DNA of 64,000 nucleotides, taken from NCBI RefSeq assembly GCF_963853765.1, contig NC_088855.1:7812001-7876000 (forward strand). The letters are read 5' to 3'. Positions 10,501 to 22,979 of this stretch are shown here, piece by piece. The position numbers were made by a program, and so were the translations under genes. Source of the DNA: Magallana gigas (lineage: Eukaryota). Position 1 is the first letter of the stretch; each line of letters begins with the position of its first letter. The notes beneath the pieces are model-generated. The model was not told the origin of the DNA and did not search any database. It worked only from the letters and a program-made list of their open reading frames with translations.

Positions 10501-13294
10501 ACCATGGCCTTGTTTGAAAAAAGAATTTTAACTTAAATTTTGAAACTTATGTCAGTAATACCATTGTTCAATTATTTTCAGACCTTGATCGATGAGTTAA
10601 GTGCCCAAAAAGAAGAACTCCAGGGTTCAATTACAACATTGAAATCCGATATACAACAACTGGAAAACAAACTGGAAGAGGCTGTGGAACGAGAAAAACT
10701 CCTAATAGAATATCCAGACCTCCATGGACCAGTGAATCCAGACATGCAAGGTAATGTTGCAAACTCATGATAGAATACCCAGACCTCCATGGACCAGTAA
10801 ATCCAGACATGCAAGGTAATGTTACAATCTCATGATAGAATACCCAGACCTCCATGGACCAGTGAATCCAGACATGCAAGGTAATATTACAATCTCCTGA
10901 TAAAATATCCAGACCTCCATGGACCAGTAAATCCAGACATGCAAGGTAATATTACAATCTCCTGATAAAATATCCAGACCTCCATGGACCAGTAAATCCA
11001 GACATGCAAGGTAATGTTACAAACTCATGATAGAATATCCAGACCTCCATGGACCACTAAATCCAGACATGCAAGGTAATATTACAATCTCATGATAGAA
11101 TATCCAGACCTCCATGGACCAATGAATCCAGACATGCAAGGTAATATTACAATCTCATGATAGAATATCCAGACCTCCATGGACCAGTGAATCCAGACAT
11201 GCAAGGTAATATTACAATCTCATGATAGAATATCCAGACCTCAATGGACCAGTGAATCCAGACATGCAAGGTAATGTTACAATCTCCTGATAAAATATCC
11301 AGACCTCCATGGACCAGTAAATCCAGACATGCAAGGTAATGTTACAAACTCATGATAGAATATCCAGACCTCCATGGACCAGTCGATCCAGACATAATAT
11401 TGAATGGAATAACTTCAATATTCCAGATTCTGAATCGAACTTGTATGATTTAAAATAACGCCCTTGTAGTTTGCAAGTTGAGGCAAAAAAATTGCAAATA
11501 AACTGGATCCCACATACATGTAATTTAAAATAAAATATAGTTGTGTCAAAGTATATGTTCCTATTCATGTTATGTGTTTTAGCTCTCTATTTTTAGACAC
11601 ACACAGTGTACATACAGAACATAAACATTTACCAGATAGTCAGAAAACTAGAATGACTCATACAATATTTCACATAATATTCATAATTAAGAAATGTCAT
11701 ATTTCCGGTTTATGAAACATTCATTCATGATATGTATGAACTCTCTTTAGGAACTGGAGACATTGTGTTTGACATGGAGAATCAGGTCAAGGCCAACACT
11801 ATCCGGATCCAGGTGTTGGAGGAGCAGAACGAGACTCTCAGGAACTCGGTCAGCAAAGTCCTGAACCTGCAGCAGGGCAGGGCGCCTCCCAAAGTGGCCT
11901 GGGAAAATGTAAGAGTCAAATACAGCCAAACTTTGTAATTTGAACTTTAATGTCATATACCTTACTGTGGATATGTTGTCTCAATGTGAGTTCATGAGTT
12001 TGAAAAATACCAGCCTACTTTTTCTTTATCATTATTCTTTTAAACTTAATATCTCAAAATCCTCCAATATCATGTTTTTTTCTTGGTCCCATTGAGTTTT
12101 AAATGACTGAGATTTACTAGTTTACAACATACATTTCATACAGAGAATATATGGTCATCCTTAAGTATTACCGTTAAATAGCAACATCGGTATAAACATA
12201 CATAACGGTCAAAGTGTTTCTAAAACCTGTGTTTTTTTTTAGAAAGAACCAATGCATCTATGGTCTGATGAAAACCTCACAAATGCGAGACAAGAAGAAA
12301 AAGTAATGAAGAAAGATATTTGGATGCCAGACAGGTTTGACTTTTTATAAACAAAAAATATTGATGTTGGCCAATATCTAATGCACAAGTCATTGATGGT
12401 TCAATTCGATGCTATCTCTTGTTTCTAATTTAGTTCATATCATGAAAACAAGAATGAGAATGCCAGAACAGAACACGAGAGACCAAGAACCAAGCCCTCC
12501 TCGGGAAAGCCCCCCAAATCCTCACCATCAGCCTATGGGGTGAGACTTATAAAGCAGGGTGTCTTCTTTTATCTCGCTAATTTTGTTTATTATTAATAAT
12601 TTAACCGATGATTAATTATATGAATCAAATATAAGTCTATTTATGTTCAGAATTAGAATTTATTCTTAAACTCTACAAATTTATTATGTAGTAATACAGT
12701 AATTTTATGTGAATCAAATGTATGTCATTATACATATCAGCAGTCAGCCGCAGTGTTATAATAACTTATTTTAACAACTAACCACATTATGAAGCTTTTG
12801 TTATGAATTGACATGATTTAAATGTTCACAGATCCCTGTTTCTGATGAGTTCATCGTTGGAAGAGGAAGCAGACCCTCTAGTGCAGCGAAGAAAGCAGAA
12901 CGCCCAGCCAGCGGCAAAAAGATGATCATGGCCCCGGCTAACACAACCAGTATCAGTGCCTACATACAACTGAAAAGATCAGGAAAACTAAACATGGAGG
13001 ATCATCCTAAATGTAAGAAATCTTGTCCTGTAAAACTGTTGTATTAAAGAGTTACTTCCCTTGCATTGCAAAACTATCTAAATGACTCTCATTTTAGCTG
13101 CAGTGCCCCCTTCAGGGAGAGAGAAGAAAAGGTCCCCATCCCAAGAAAAACATCCTCAATCAGCGGACACTTATTCCAAGTCGAACAATGACCACCATTA
13201 CCGGAAAAACGAGATGTTCTCTTGTACTCAGTGTGATAAAATGTATTCACGAGCCAGGGACTTGGAGATACACAAGTCTTACTGCACAGGATAA
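7517..13294 (+). CDS. CCDC157: Coiled-coil domain-containing protein 157-like, 11 coding exons (7517-7761, 8147-8312, 8584-9325, 9571-9761, 10205-10381, 10582-10750, 11751-11908, 12243-12334, 12434-12539, 12832-13012, 13098-13294), ~807 aa
   Basis: N-terminus [44 protein letters not shown]...LYELVIDR resembles vertebrate CCDC157 (SLRxD, SRAGPV, SWKFPD, ELVIDR); long heptad-rich middle; all junctions GT-AG and in phase; total 2424 nt. Confidence 0.88.
10705..11395 (+). repeat. 65-bp tandem minisatellite (~10.6 copies) derived from the CCDC157 exon 6 3' end plus its donor
   Basis: GCAAG|GTAAT recurs at 10746, 10811, 10876 ... 11331 with exact 65-bp spacing. Confidence 0.97.
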
Positions 13295-14189
13295 TGAAAC
13301 CTTCACACGTAGTTTTAAATCAGGTTGAAGCAAAAGGAAAGTAGATTGTTTTTTAATCTCCATGCCACATTTTTATACACAACAGCAAAGTACAGTAAAA
13401 TGTCAATATTAGAAAAGGCAGATACTGTTTTTAACCTCTGTAAAGACTAGCAATCACTTAAACATTGCAGTCTTAATTCTAGAATTCCATAGACACTGCA
13501 GTTCTTTTAGTAATAATTGTAAACTGACAGCTTATTGATAATACAGCATTCAATTGTGGTTTTTGTATAGAAATTTTATTTGTATGATAACCAAAAGCAA
13601 AGCACTGTATAATTGTTACATCAATATTTATATTATTTCCATCCAAGTGAAAGACTAATTCACTGTACATATAATTCAATGCATAATTCATGTTTCGCAT
13701 GATAAATTTCTACAAGTTTCTTTGATATAATTATGTATCTTAGTACATACCAAGTCTTGTGCTAGCATTTTTTTTTTTATAGTTGTTGAACATGTTGTGA
13801 TGTAACATTACATTAATTGTTGCAAGGTGCTCTATATGTGGAATAAATCAACATAGCTATAATAAATATCCCCTGATTTTCTTGTCATTACAATTTAGAA
13901 TTACAGTACAGATGCACAAACAGCACCAAATACATCACCTATACAACACTGTCCTCAAATCTACAACACCAGTATTAATAAGCATACTTTTTCATTCACT
14001 TTGGGTAATTAGTCACAATAATTGAGCCTGGAAGGTGGTGTTTCTTGTCTTATACACAGATGAAAATGATGCATATCTGAATTAAGCACATCACATCTCT
14101 CTGGGAACAACCTCTCTCTTGTTGAGAATCACAGCCTTTGTGATGTTTCCTGTCACACACATAGGTCTGGGAAAAGTCCTGAATCGTCC

Positions 14190-17100
14190 TCATTTCTTCT
14201 TGTCCTCCTTGCAGCAGATGACATACCTCTGGGCGACCAGGAGGGGCGGGGAGTAACCGTCAGGGTAGGAGGTGTCCTCAAACAGCACCGAGTAGTCATC
14301 CTGGGGCTGAGTAAAAAAAAAAGATTGCAAACATTAGGGTAACATATTGGTCAGTTCATGTAACACTTCACAGGGGCATACATGTAAACAGATACATAGG
14401 ACCTTTCTACTTTTGTAATGGGATAGGTATTGTAGGATCTTTCTACTTTTGTAATGGGATAGGTATTGTAGGATCTTTCTACTTTTGTAATGGGACAGGT
14501 ATTGTAGGATCTTTCTACCAAATAGATAACGTGGGGCTGGGTAAAAAAGACAACAAAATTAATTGGCTAGGACATTTCTTTCTACATTTGTGTTGGGATG
14601 GGTCTTTTTGTCCAATGTATTGTGTGAAGGGAGAGAAAACAAGCAGGATAAAAATCGTTCTCAACCATAAAATTGTAAGAGATTGAATTGTTTTTGAAAG
14701 CCTTTTGAATTATGAAAGATACAAACTTCATAGCAATGTTATGTAAAATACATTATGATCATCACACTGATATATAATACAATATACAGTGACATTGATA
14801 ATACATTCATGTATACATGTTCATATATAATCAAAATGTCACAGGATTTCAAACCTGCTACACAAACATTACCTTTTTGGGGGGTTCGTGGATCAAGGCT
14901 CTGTAAAAACAAGTGGTTTGTGGGTACAGGGCAAGAACAAGCTGAAATACAAAATCCAAGAATCTCTATTAAATAAAGACATCCATAAGATGAACGTTCA
15001 TTCTCTGCTTAAGATTGTTTTTGCCAAGTTTTTCTTTATATAACACATAGAAAATTTAAAAAAAACAACCATTTTTAACAAAAGAATATATATTTTCTTC
15101 AAATTAATAATATTGACTTAGACCTCTTTAATATAATGTATAATATATAAAAAGTCTAGGAAACTGTTTAGAATTGGAGCACAAGCTCCATGCTTGTTCA
15201 GACAGTTTAGAATTGGAGCACAAGCTCTTGTGGTACTAAAGATAGATACTTACTGTGTCCTTCATGAACAGGGCATCTGGATCTGTCTCCGGATTTGCTT
15301 TCCAGATGGGAAGTGGAACAATTCGCCTCTTGCTGAGGGTATGTCTCCTTAAAATTAAATACAAATTACCAGTAACCAAAAACCTACCTCAAACAACAGA
15401 ACTAATAGTCCTAAATTAAAGATGCAGGTTACTACAAGTATATTTATAGGGATCCAAGGACCATTATATTAAAAATAAACTAGGTTTCAAGCTGCTTGAT
15501 CATCATATTATTTTACCAAAGGGTAAAAGTTAATTAACTCTTTAAAAAGATTCACCCTAATGTGGAAGTCAAAACATTTTCCATGGGACCTTGGCTTTTG
15601 ACAACATCACAACCTAATGAGCTTTTAAAAGTGTTTTGGTGAACCAAAAATAAATTTTGTGTTCAATTTTCATAGTAAAGTATAAGTTAATGATGTTTTC
15701 GTAATTTAACCCAACAATTTTTTTTTTCATATACATTGTAACGTAATGATATCTTTGAAAAAAGCACAGTTATGATGATGTAATTTGATGAATGGTTATT
15801 TGTGGGGTTTAAAATTAATGGAAAAATATAAAACCATACAGCTTTGAGGTTTTAAATTTTAAATTGCTATAACTTTATTGCTGGAGTCAACACCACATTC
15901 GGGATTGTTTGATCATCAATCCAAATTAAACTTGGTAAGAAAAAACTCTTTCTAAATTTTCATAAAATTTCCCTACTGCCTGAATAATTTTCAATAAATC
16001 CCAAAATTTGATTGATAATAGTGAAACCACATTTTTATTACTATCTGTCACAAATATCTGCCTATTTTCATTGAAAGTCAAACTTTTTGTCTTCATTTCT
16101 TGGTTTGGTTAAAAAAAAATACCACAATGTGCACATCATCTTGACAATTCATAAACAGAATAATAATTTCATTGTGGCCTTTCACCATGGGAACATGTCA
16201 TGGAAATATATGTACCAGGAAATGTAATACGAACACACACACACATACCTCAAGACTATGTAGAAGTATGAAATGAATATATAAGAAAATTTTTCATGTT
16301 GAATTAATTGCTTCTACATCTATTTCACAAAGTAAATATTCATTTTCTTCTCTCTTTTTTCAACACCATTTTACAAAATTACACCCACTCCTACTGTGGC
16401 CTCTCTCTGGGATTATGGTTAACTTAACTATCTGTATACATGTAGGGCGCCTGTAAAGTGCGAAACGAAATCGAAACGAAACGAAACGAGATCGAACGAA
16501 ACGAAACGAAACAAAACCAATCGAAACGAAACCAATCGAAACGAAACGACATCAAACGAAACGAAACCAAAAATCGAAACGAAACGAAACGGAATTTAAA
16601 CAAAACTAATATCGATTTTGACTACATAAAAGTGAAAATAAATTCATTGAAATAAATTTTTGAACCATAAAATATAACTACCTGTATTTTTCAGATTGTC
16701 GCTGTAAGTTTTTAAGCCGATTATCCGAAATTTGCAAAAATTATATAATTATGTAAATAAGTGATGTACATTCCTCTACCTTTTAATGTTTCTAATTTGT
16801 TTCATTAAATGATATTCAGACGTTTAGAGAGAGAGAAAGATGCCTTAAAACTTATCAGCTACATCACATAGCAAAGTATATACGCAATTTTGGGAGAGAG
16901 AGAAAGAAAGAAAGAGATAGAGATATGATGATGATACTGAAGGGGGCATTCTAACAACAATTTTCTTTCTATCGATTTGAAATATTGTAAAAATAAAACG
17001 ATCGAATACAATGTGGTTTAGAGCATACTGGTTGGTTACCAGTTTCTAACTTATAATAAGAATTGTTGTAATATGTATAGCATTAATTTGGACCTCGTAA

Positions 17101-20100
17101 TTTGACAAAATTAACGTGCAAGATAAAGAGGTTTTTTTTTTTACTTGTGTTTTACCTTAAATCAAACATAATCCCCTCTTTCTCTCCTTTCACACGCACG
17201 CACGATGTATTTGAATCCTTTTTACAATATTTCATTTCGATATAAAAATATCGTGTAGTTGGAATGTCTCCGTAAATACTGTAAATTCACTATATTTAGG
17301 GTGTACAATATTTGGTGGAATATAATTTTTCAACAAGTTAGCATGGATTTGATTTAGCGCATTTCTGAATTTACCTTTTTTATCTAGTTATATATTTTAC
17401 ATTTGGCAATGTACTAAGTCTTGATTTTTGCGGACGCCGTTTTCCGCCAAAAACGCAAAATAGAATACACAGCCAAAGGGGTAAAGACAGTTTTTTAATA
17501 CGTTTACAGTATAATCATCTTTATATTGCACGTTAATTTTGTCAAATTACGACGTCCCAATTCATGCTATACATATTACAACTGTTACAATTCTTATTAT
17601 ATGTTCGAAACTGGTAACCAACCAGTATGCTCTAAATCACATTGTATTCGATCGTTTCATTTTAACAACAATATTTCAAATCGATAGAAAGAAAACTGAT
17701 TTTAGAATGTCAAGGTAGAGGAATGTACATCACTTATTTACATAATTATATAATTTTTGCAAATTTCAGATAATCGGCTTAGAAATTTTCAGCGGCAATC
17801 TGAAACATACAGGTAGTTATATTTTATGGTTCAAAAGTTTACTTCAATGAATTTATTTTCACTTTTATGTAGTCAAAGTTGATATTATATTAGTTTTGTT
17901 TAAATTCCGTTTCGTTTCGATTTTTTGATTTTTGGTTTCGTTTCGCTTGATTTCGTTTCGTTTCGATTTCGTTTCGCACTTTACAGGCGCCCATACATGT
18001 ACTAGATTGCTTCTCTTCATCATACCGATATATGATAAGAACATAGTAAGTTGTCAGAACTTGTGCTCAAACCATTTTATATAATAAAATATGTTCAAAC
18101 CACTAATGTACAGTAACATCTATTTCACAAATTATAGCTTTTATGTATTTTTTTAAAAGAAATGTTTATCACATATTTTCTATTTAAAATAAATATATAT
18201 CTCTAAATAGTGGCCCTTTCTCATCCCCAGGGGTTACTGAGTGTCTAAAAGTGAAAATAGTGTTTTACATATAATTCTACAAGTTACAGCCTTCAATTTT
18301 CTTCAGAAGGATTCTTTTTTGTTGTTGTAAAAACTGCACTACTTCCCTTGAACCCTCTCATTGCCAGATCACTCATGGCTTCCTTTTACATGTATGTTGA
18401 TTACATTTATTCACAGCTTCTATTTACTTCAAAAGAATTTGTGAAATCGATACTCACTCTTTGCCTTCATCTGCATCAATGTCATCAACGTCGTATTTAT
18501 TTGAGCTCTGATTGAAGTTGACAACTTCTGCCAGGATCCAGTTCTCCTCCTCGTCGGACTTGACCCGTGCTGCCACCTTGTCGCCAGGCTTTGCCACGTA
18601 GTTACTGTCCGCCGACATAGCACCGCATAAAGGCGGGGGTCTACAAGAGGAACAGATCTGTAGAACCTAGTGTACCATAGTGCATGCACCACATGGAGGC
18701 TTCCATCAGATTTATACATACAAGACTGTCAAACTCATTATGAATGCAAAATGTTCGTTGGACAAGATTTCAAAATAAAAATGCACAATATCCAATCTTA
18801 CTAGAGGTACACTACATTGTTAAGTTCAGGCGGATGTAATGGATTCTAAATTTCAGTTACTACTAGTATATGTAATGAGCAAAATGGGTTGAATTCTGTA
18901 AACTAACTTTATTCGCTATTTACTTCTGATAAACAGACTTGTGACGACTAATGTTCACGACCAAGCCTTATTCAGACATGTGTTGTTACAACAAGGACTG
19001 GTTTGGGGCAAGAAATATTCATAACAATGAGGCTCTCGCTAACCTAGCAAAATTTCTTGCACACGAATAATAGTTGGTTAACAGTAACTACTCCCCAAAA
19101 CTTAGATTTGCCAATTCTGATACAATAACAAACATTTTGCATGTGTAAAGTTTGCTTTGCTAGTGAAAGCTGTTAAATACAAGTATATAGCGAGCAACAC
19201 CCATTTGATCATCTATTGAATAGCACCTTGACCCACCTCTCTCCTGGCTTGCTGACCCACAGGGGCAGAGTCTGGGCATTCTGCTGCAGCATAGACATCA
19301 GAACTCCACGCCTCATGATTGGCTTGGGTCGGTCCGAGTCTGCAAATGTAGGATTTGTTTTTATATACTGACCATTCAATCTCTCTCTAAATATGGGGAA
19401 AATGAGACTGGAATGTACAGACCTAGCCTTCTGTTTTCTCTTATGCTTTTCACTTCAGTAATCTTATCAAGAGCTTTCCTCAGTAGTCTACAAATCAGAA
19501 AAAGATGTAATAAATAATTAAAGGCTCTAAGGGAGGCATAAGATACCAAATAGCAGTACATATGTATATGTAATATGTCAGAATCATTATACAATGATGT
19601 GTTGATGAATATAATTCAGAGAATAGTGATTAGCTTCATTTCTCCCTAAATCAAATACAAAACATCGTACTCAGCCTCTAACTCTGCATCCTGCATGGCT
19701 GTCTTGTATAATCCTTTTAGTTTGTTCTTGTAGTATGGTGTTACTAAAAAGGAAAAAATAAGACTATATATGTACTGTATATCAATTACATGTATATCAA
19801 CCGATTCCTAGTGTGATTTCTTTATTCCAGAGCAGTAAACAATGACATTAAACCGTTTCAAGAGGTTAAAAATACAAAATCCTTTAGAAGATACACATGT
19901 ACGTGTTATCTCAAAATCTTGGTTGAAGGCAGACTTAGTAACTCTTAGTACTGTATAAATGCACTTAATGGGGAAAAACTAAAATTACATTCATCATTTA
20001 AAATCATCAAAGCAATTATAATATTTATAAATGAGATAGAAATTAAGGATAAAAGAAATGGGCTTACTTTCGTTCTTACTTTTTTGTTCCTGCTGCATCC

Positions 20101-22945
20101 TTTCGTGGGTCTTAGAGATGTTGGTAAGATTGTGCTCACCTTGGGCTCTCTCATCCTATTGACCAAGATTTCAAGTTGTTTTTTTTATTTTAACATACTG
20201 TATTTCATTACATTGAAAATAAAATAATTCATAACTTAGTTTATGTTTCTGAGCAAAATGTTGATTACCAATTCAAAAGAATGAATAAATCTTACAATGG
20301 AAAATCGAATCAGCACAATCTGACTATGCCGTTAAGACAAGACAAGAAAAACATAGGTAATCACAGATTACAAAGCTCACCGAGACGAGGCATCAACTTT
20401 ATGAGGCATCACCTTTAAAACCACCTTTATCATATGATATGAAAATCATAGTTAATGATCTTGGATATTCATGGATACTGTTTTGACACAATATCGTATA
20501 TCATATGTAAAAAATTGTATGATAATCCTATGTTCATTTCATACATTATTATAAGATACAATGTTTATCAATACAGTAATATAAAATATGATATTGCATC
20601 CAATGATACTTACAATATATATCATTTAATACAATATAATACTGTAATAAATATTGATGCAATATGATTTTGTAACATATAATATGACATTGTATCGTGT
20701 TATACATTATTGTATTTAATCACATAATACAATATCATAATATCTAATATAAATACAATATAGCATTATTTGATACTATATCATATCACATAATACATCA
20801 CAATATTGTAACATATGATATTATATTGTATAATATAGTATAATTTTGTATTGTATGATATTGTATCATATTTGATACACAATATTGTATCATATGATAC
20901 AATATAATTTGATAAAACATTGTTTCATATCATATGATACAATATCATCTGATACAGTACGATATTATATAATACAATATCATTTTATACAATATCATAT
21001 CATATGATACAATATCATATTATACAATATCATATTATATGATATCTTATAATATCATATAATACAATTTCATGTATTATATAACAATATATTATATAAA
21101 CCAATATCATATTATACAATATTTTATCATACGATATGCTATAATTATAATATACAATATCGTATCATATGATACAATATCATATATTGCAATATAATAT
21201 GAAACAATATCATTCGATAAAATAATATATTATACAATATCATATTCTACAATATTGTATAATAATATACAATACTATACATAACAATATCATAATACAA
21301 TATCATATAATAATGTACAAAAAAATTGATACAATATCATATCATATCATATAACTTTTTACAATATAATGTATGATATTACATTGTATCATATAAAACA
21401 ATAGTGTATCATATCATAGAATACTATATCATAGGAATCATGTTAAATCATTTAACAACAAACACATCTATCAAGCAGGTTTGAGTGAGGTAGGAGAATT
21501 TTTAGCATCCTTGATAATGGAGATCAGGCTCTGCATCTGAAGCTACCTCTGCAATTCATTTATATTATAGTTAAATCAATTATGCAAGCTATTATCTATA
21601 AAACATGTAACCTGTTCCAAAAAACTAAACCTCATCCAGCATCCGAAACCTATGGCTCAGATTCAGCATTCAAGCCTGTCAGATGCATCAGTATCATGAG
21701 ATGCATCATCCCTGCAAGTTTGGTGATGTAAGGACCAGTAATAACTAAGATATAATCATCAGAGGGCACCTGCTCTAAAAACTTTAACCAGCTCTTAAAA
21801 CCTTAACCTCATCCAGCATCCGAAACCTATGGCTCAGATTCAGCATTCATGCCTGTCAGGTGCATCAGTATCGTAAGACGCACCATCCTTGCAAGTTTGG
21901 TGAAGTTAGGACCAGAAATAACTAAGATATATTTTTTAGCATCCTTGATAATGGAGATCAGGATCTGCATCTGAAGCTACCTCTGCCATTCATTTATATT
22001 ATAGTTAGATCATATATGCAAGTTTGAAATAGTGCTATTACCTACATATATTAAACATGTGACCTGTTCCAAAAAAACTAAACCTCATCCAGCATCCGAA
22101 ACCTATGGCTCAGATTCAGCATTCAAGCCTGTCAGGTGCATCAGTATCATAAGACACACCATCCATGTAAGTTTGGTAAAGTTAGGACCAGTAATAACTA
22201 AGATATGATCATCAGAGGGCACCTGCTCTAAAAACTTTAACCAGCTCTTAAAACCTTAACCTCATCCAGCATCCGAAACCTATGGCTCAGATTCAGCATT
22301 CAAGCCTGTCAGGTGCATCAGTATCATAAGATGCACCATCTATGCAAGTTTGGTGAAGTTGGGACCAGTAGTAACTTAGAAATGGCTATCAAAGGGCACC
22401 TGCAACAAAAACTTTAACCTGCTCGAAAAACCTAACTTCATCTAGCATCCGAAACCTTCGGCTCAGATTCAGCATTCAAGCCTGTCAGGTGCAAAAGTAT
22501 CATAAGACACACCATCCATGCAAGTTTGGTGAAGTAAGGACCAGTAGTAAGTAAGATATAATCATCAGAGGGCACCTGCTCCAAAAACTTTAACCAGCTC
22601 TAAAAACCTTAACCTCATCCAGCATCCGAAACCTATGGCTCAGATTCAGCATTCAAGCCTGTCAGGTGCATCAGTATCATAAGACACACCATCTATGCAA
22701 GTTTGGTGAAGTTTGGACCAGTAGTAACTTAGAAATGGCTATCAAAGGGCACCTGCAACAAAAACTTTAACCTGCTCCAAACACCTTAACCTCCTCCAGC
22801 ATCTGAAATTCATGGCCCAGATTCAGCATCCAAGTCTCTCAAGTCCATTAGTAGGTCCAGATGCATCATTCATGCAAGTTTGGTGAAGATAGGACAAGTA
22901 ATAAGTTAGATACAGGACCTGCAACAAAAACTTTAACCAGGTCCG

Positions 22946-22979
<34 letters not shown>

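Noticed and set aside
10578-10879. Two similar minus-strand ORFs (MHVWI...)
   Set aside because: Antisense read-outs of the 65-bp repeat.
10705-11395. CRISPR-like appearance of the 65-bp array (and the 177-bp array at 21628-22945)
   Set aside because: Units are contiguous with no unique spacers, there are no cas genes, and the context is eukaryotic introns.
16458-16655. ORF with NETKRN repeats
   Set aside because: Translation of the (CGAAA)n subterminal array of the foldback element.
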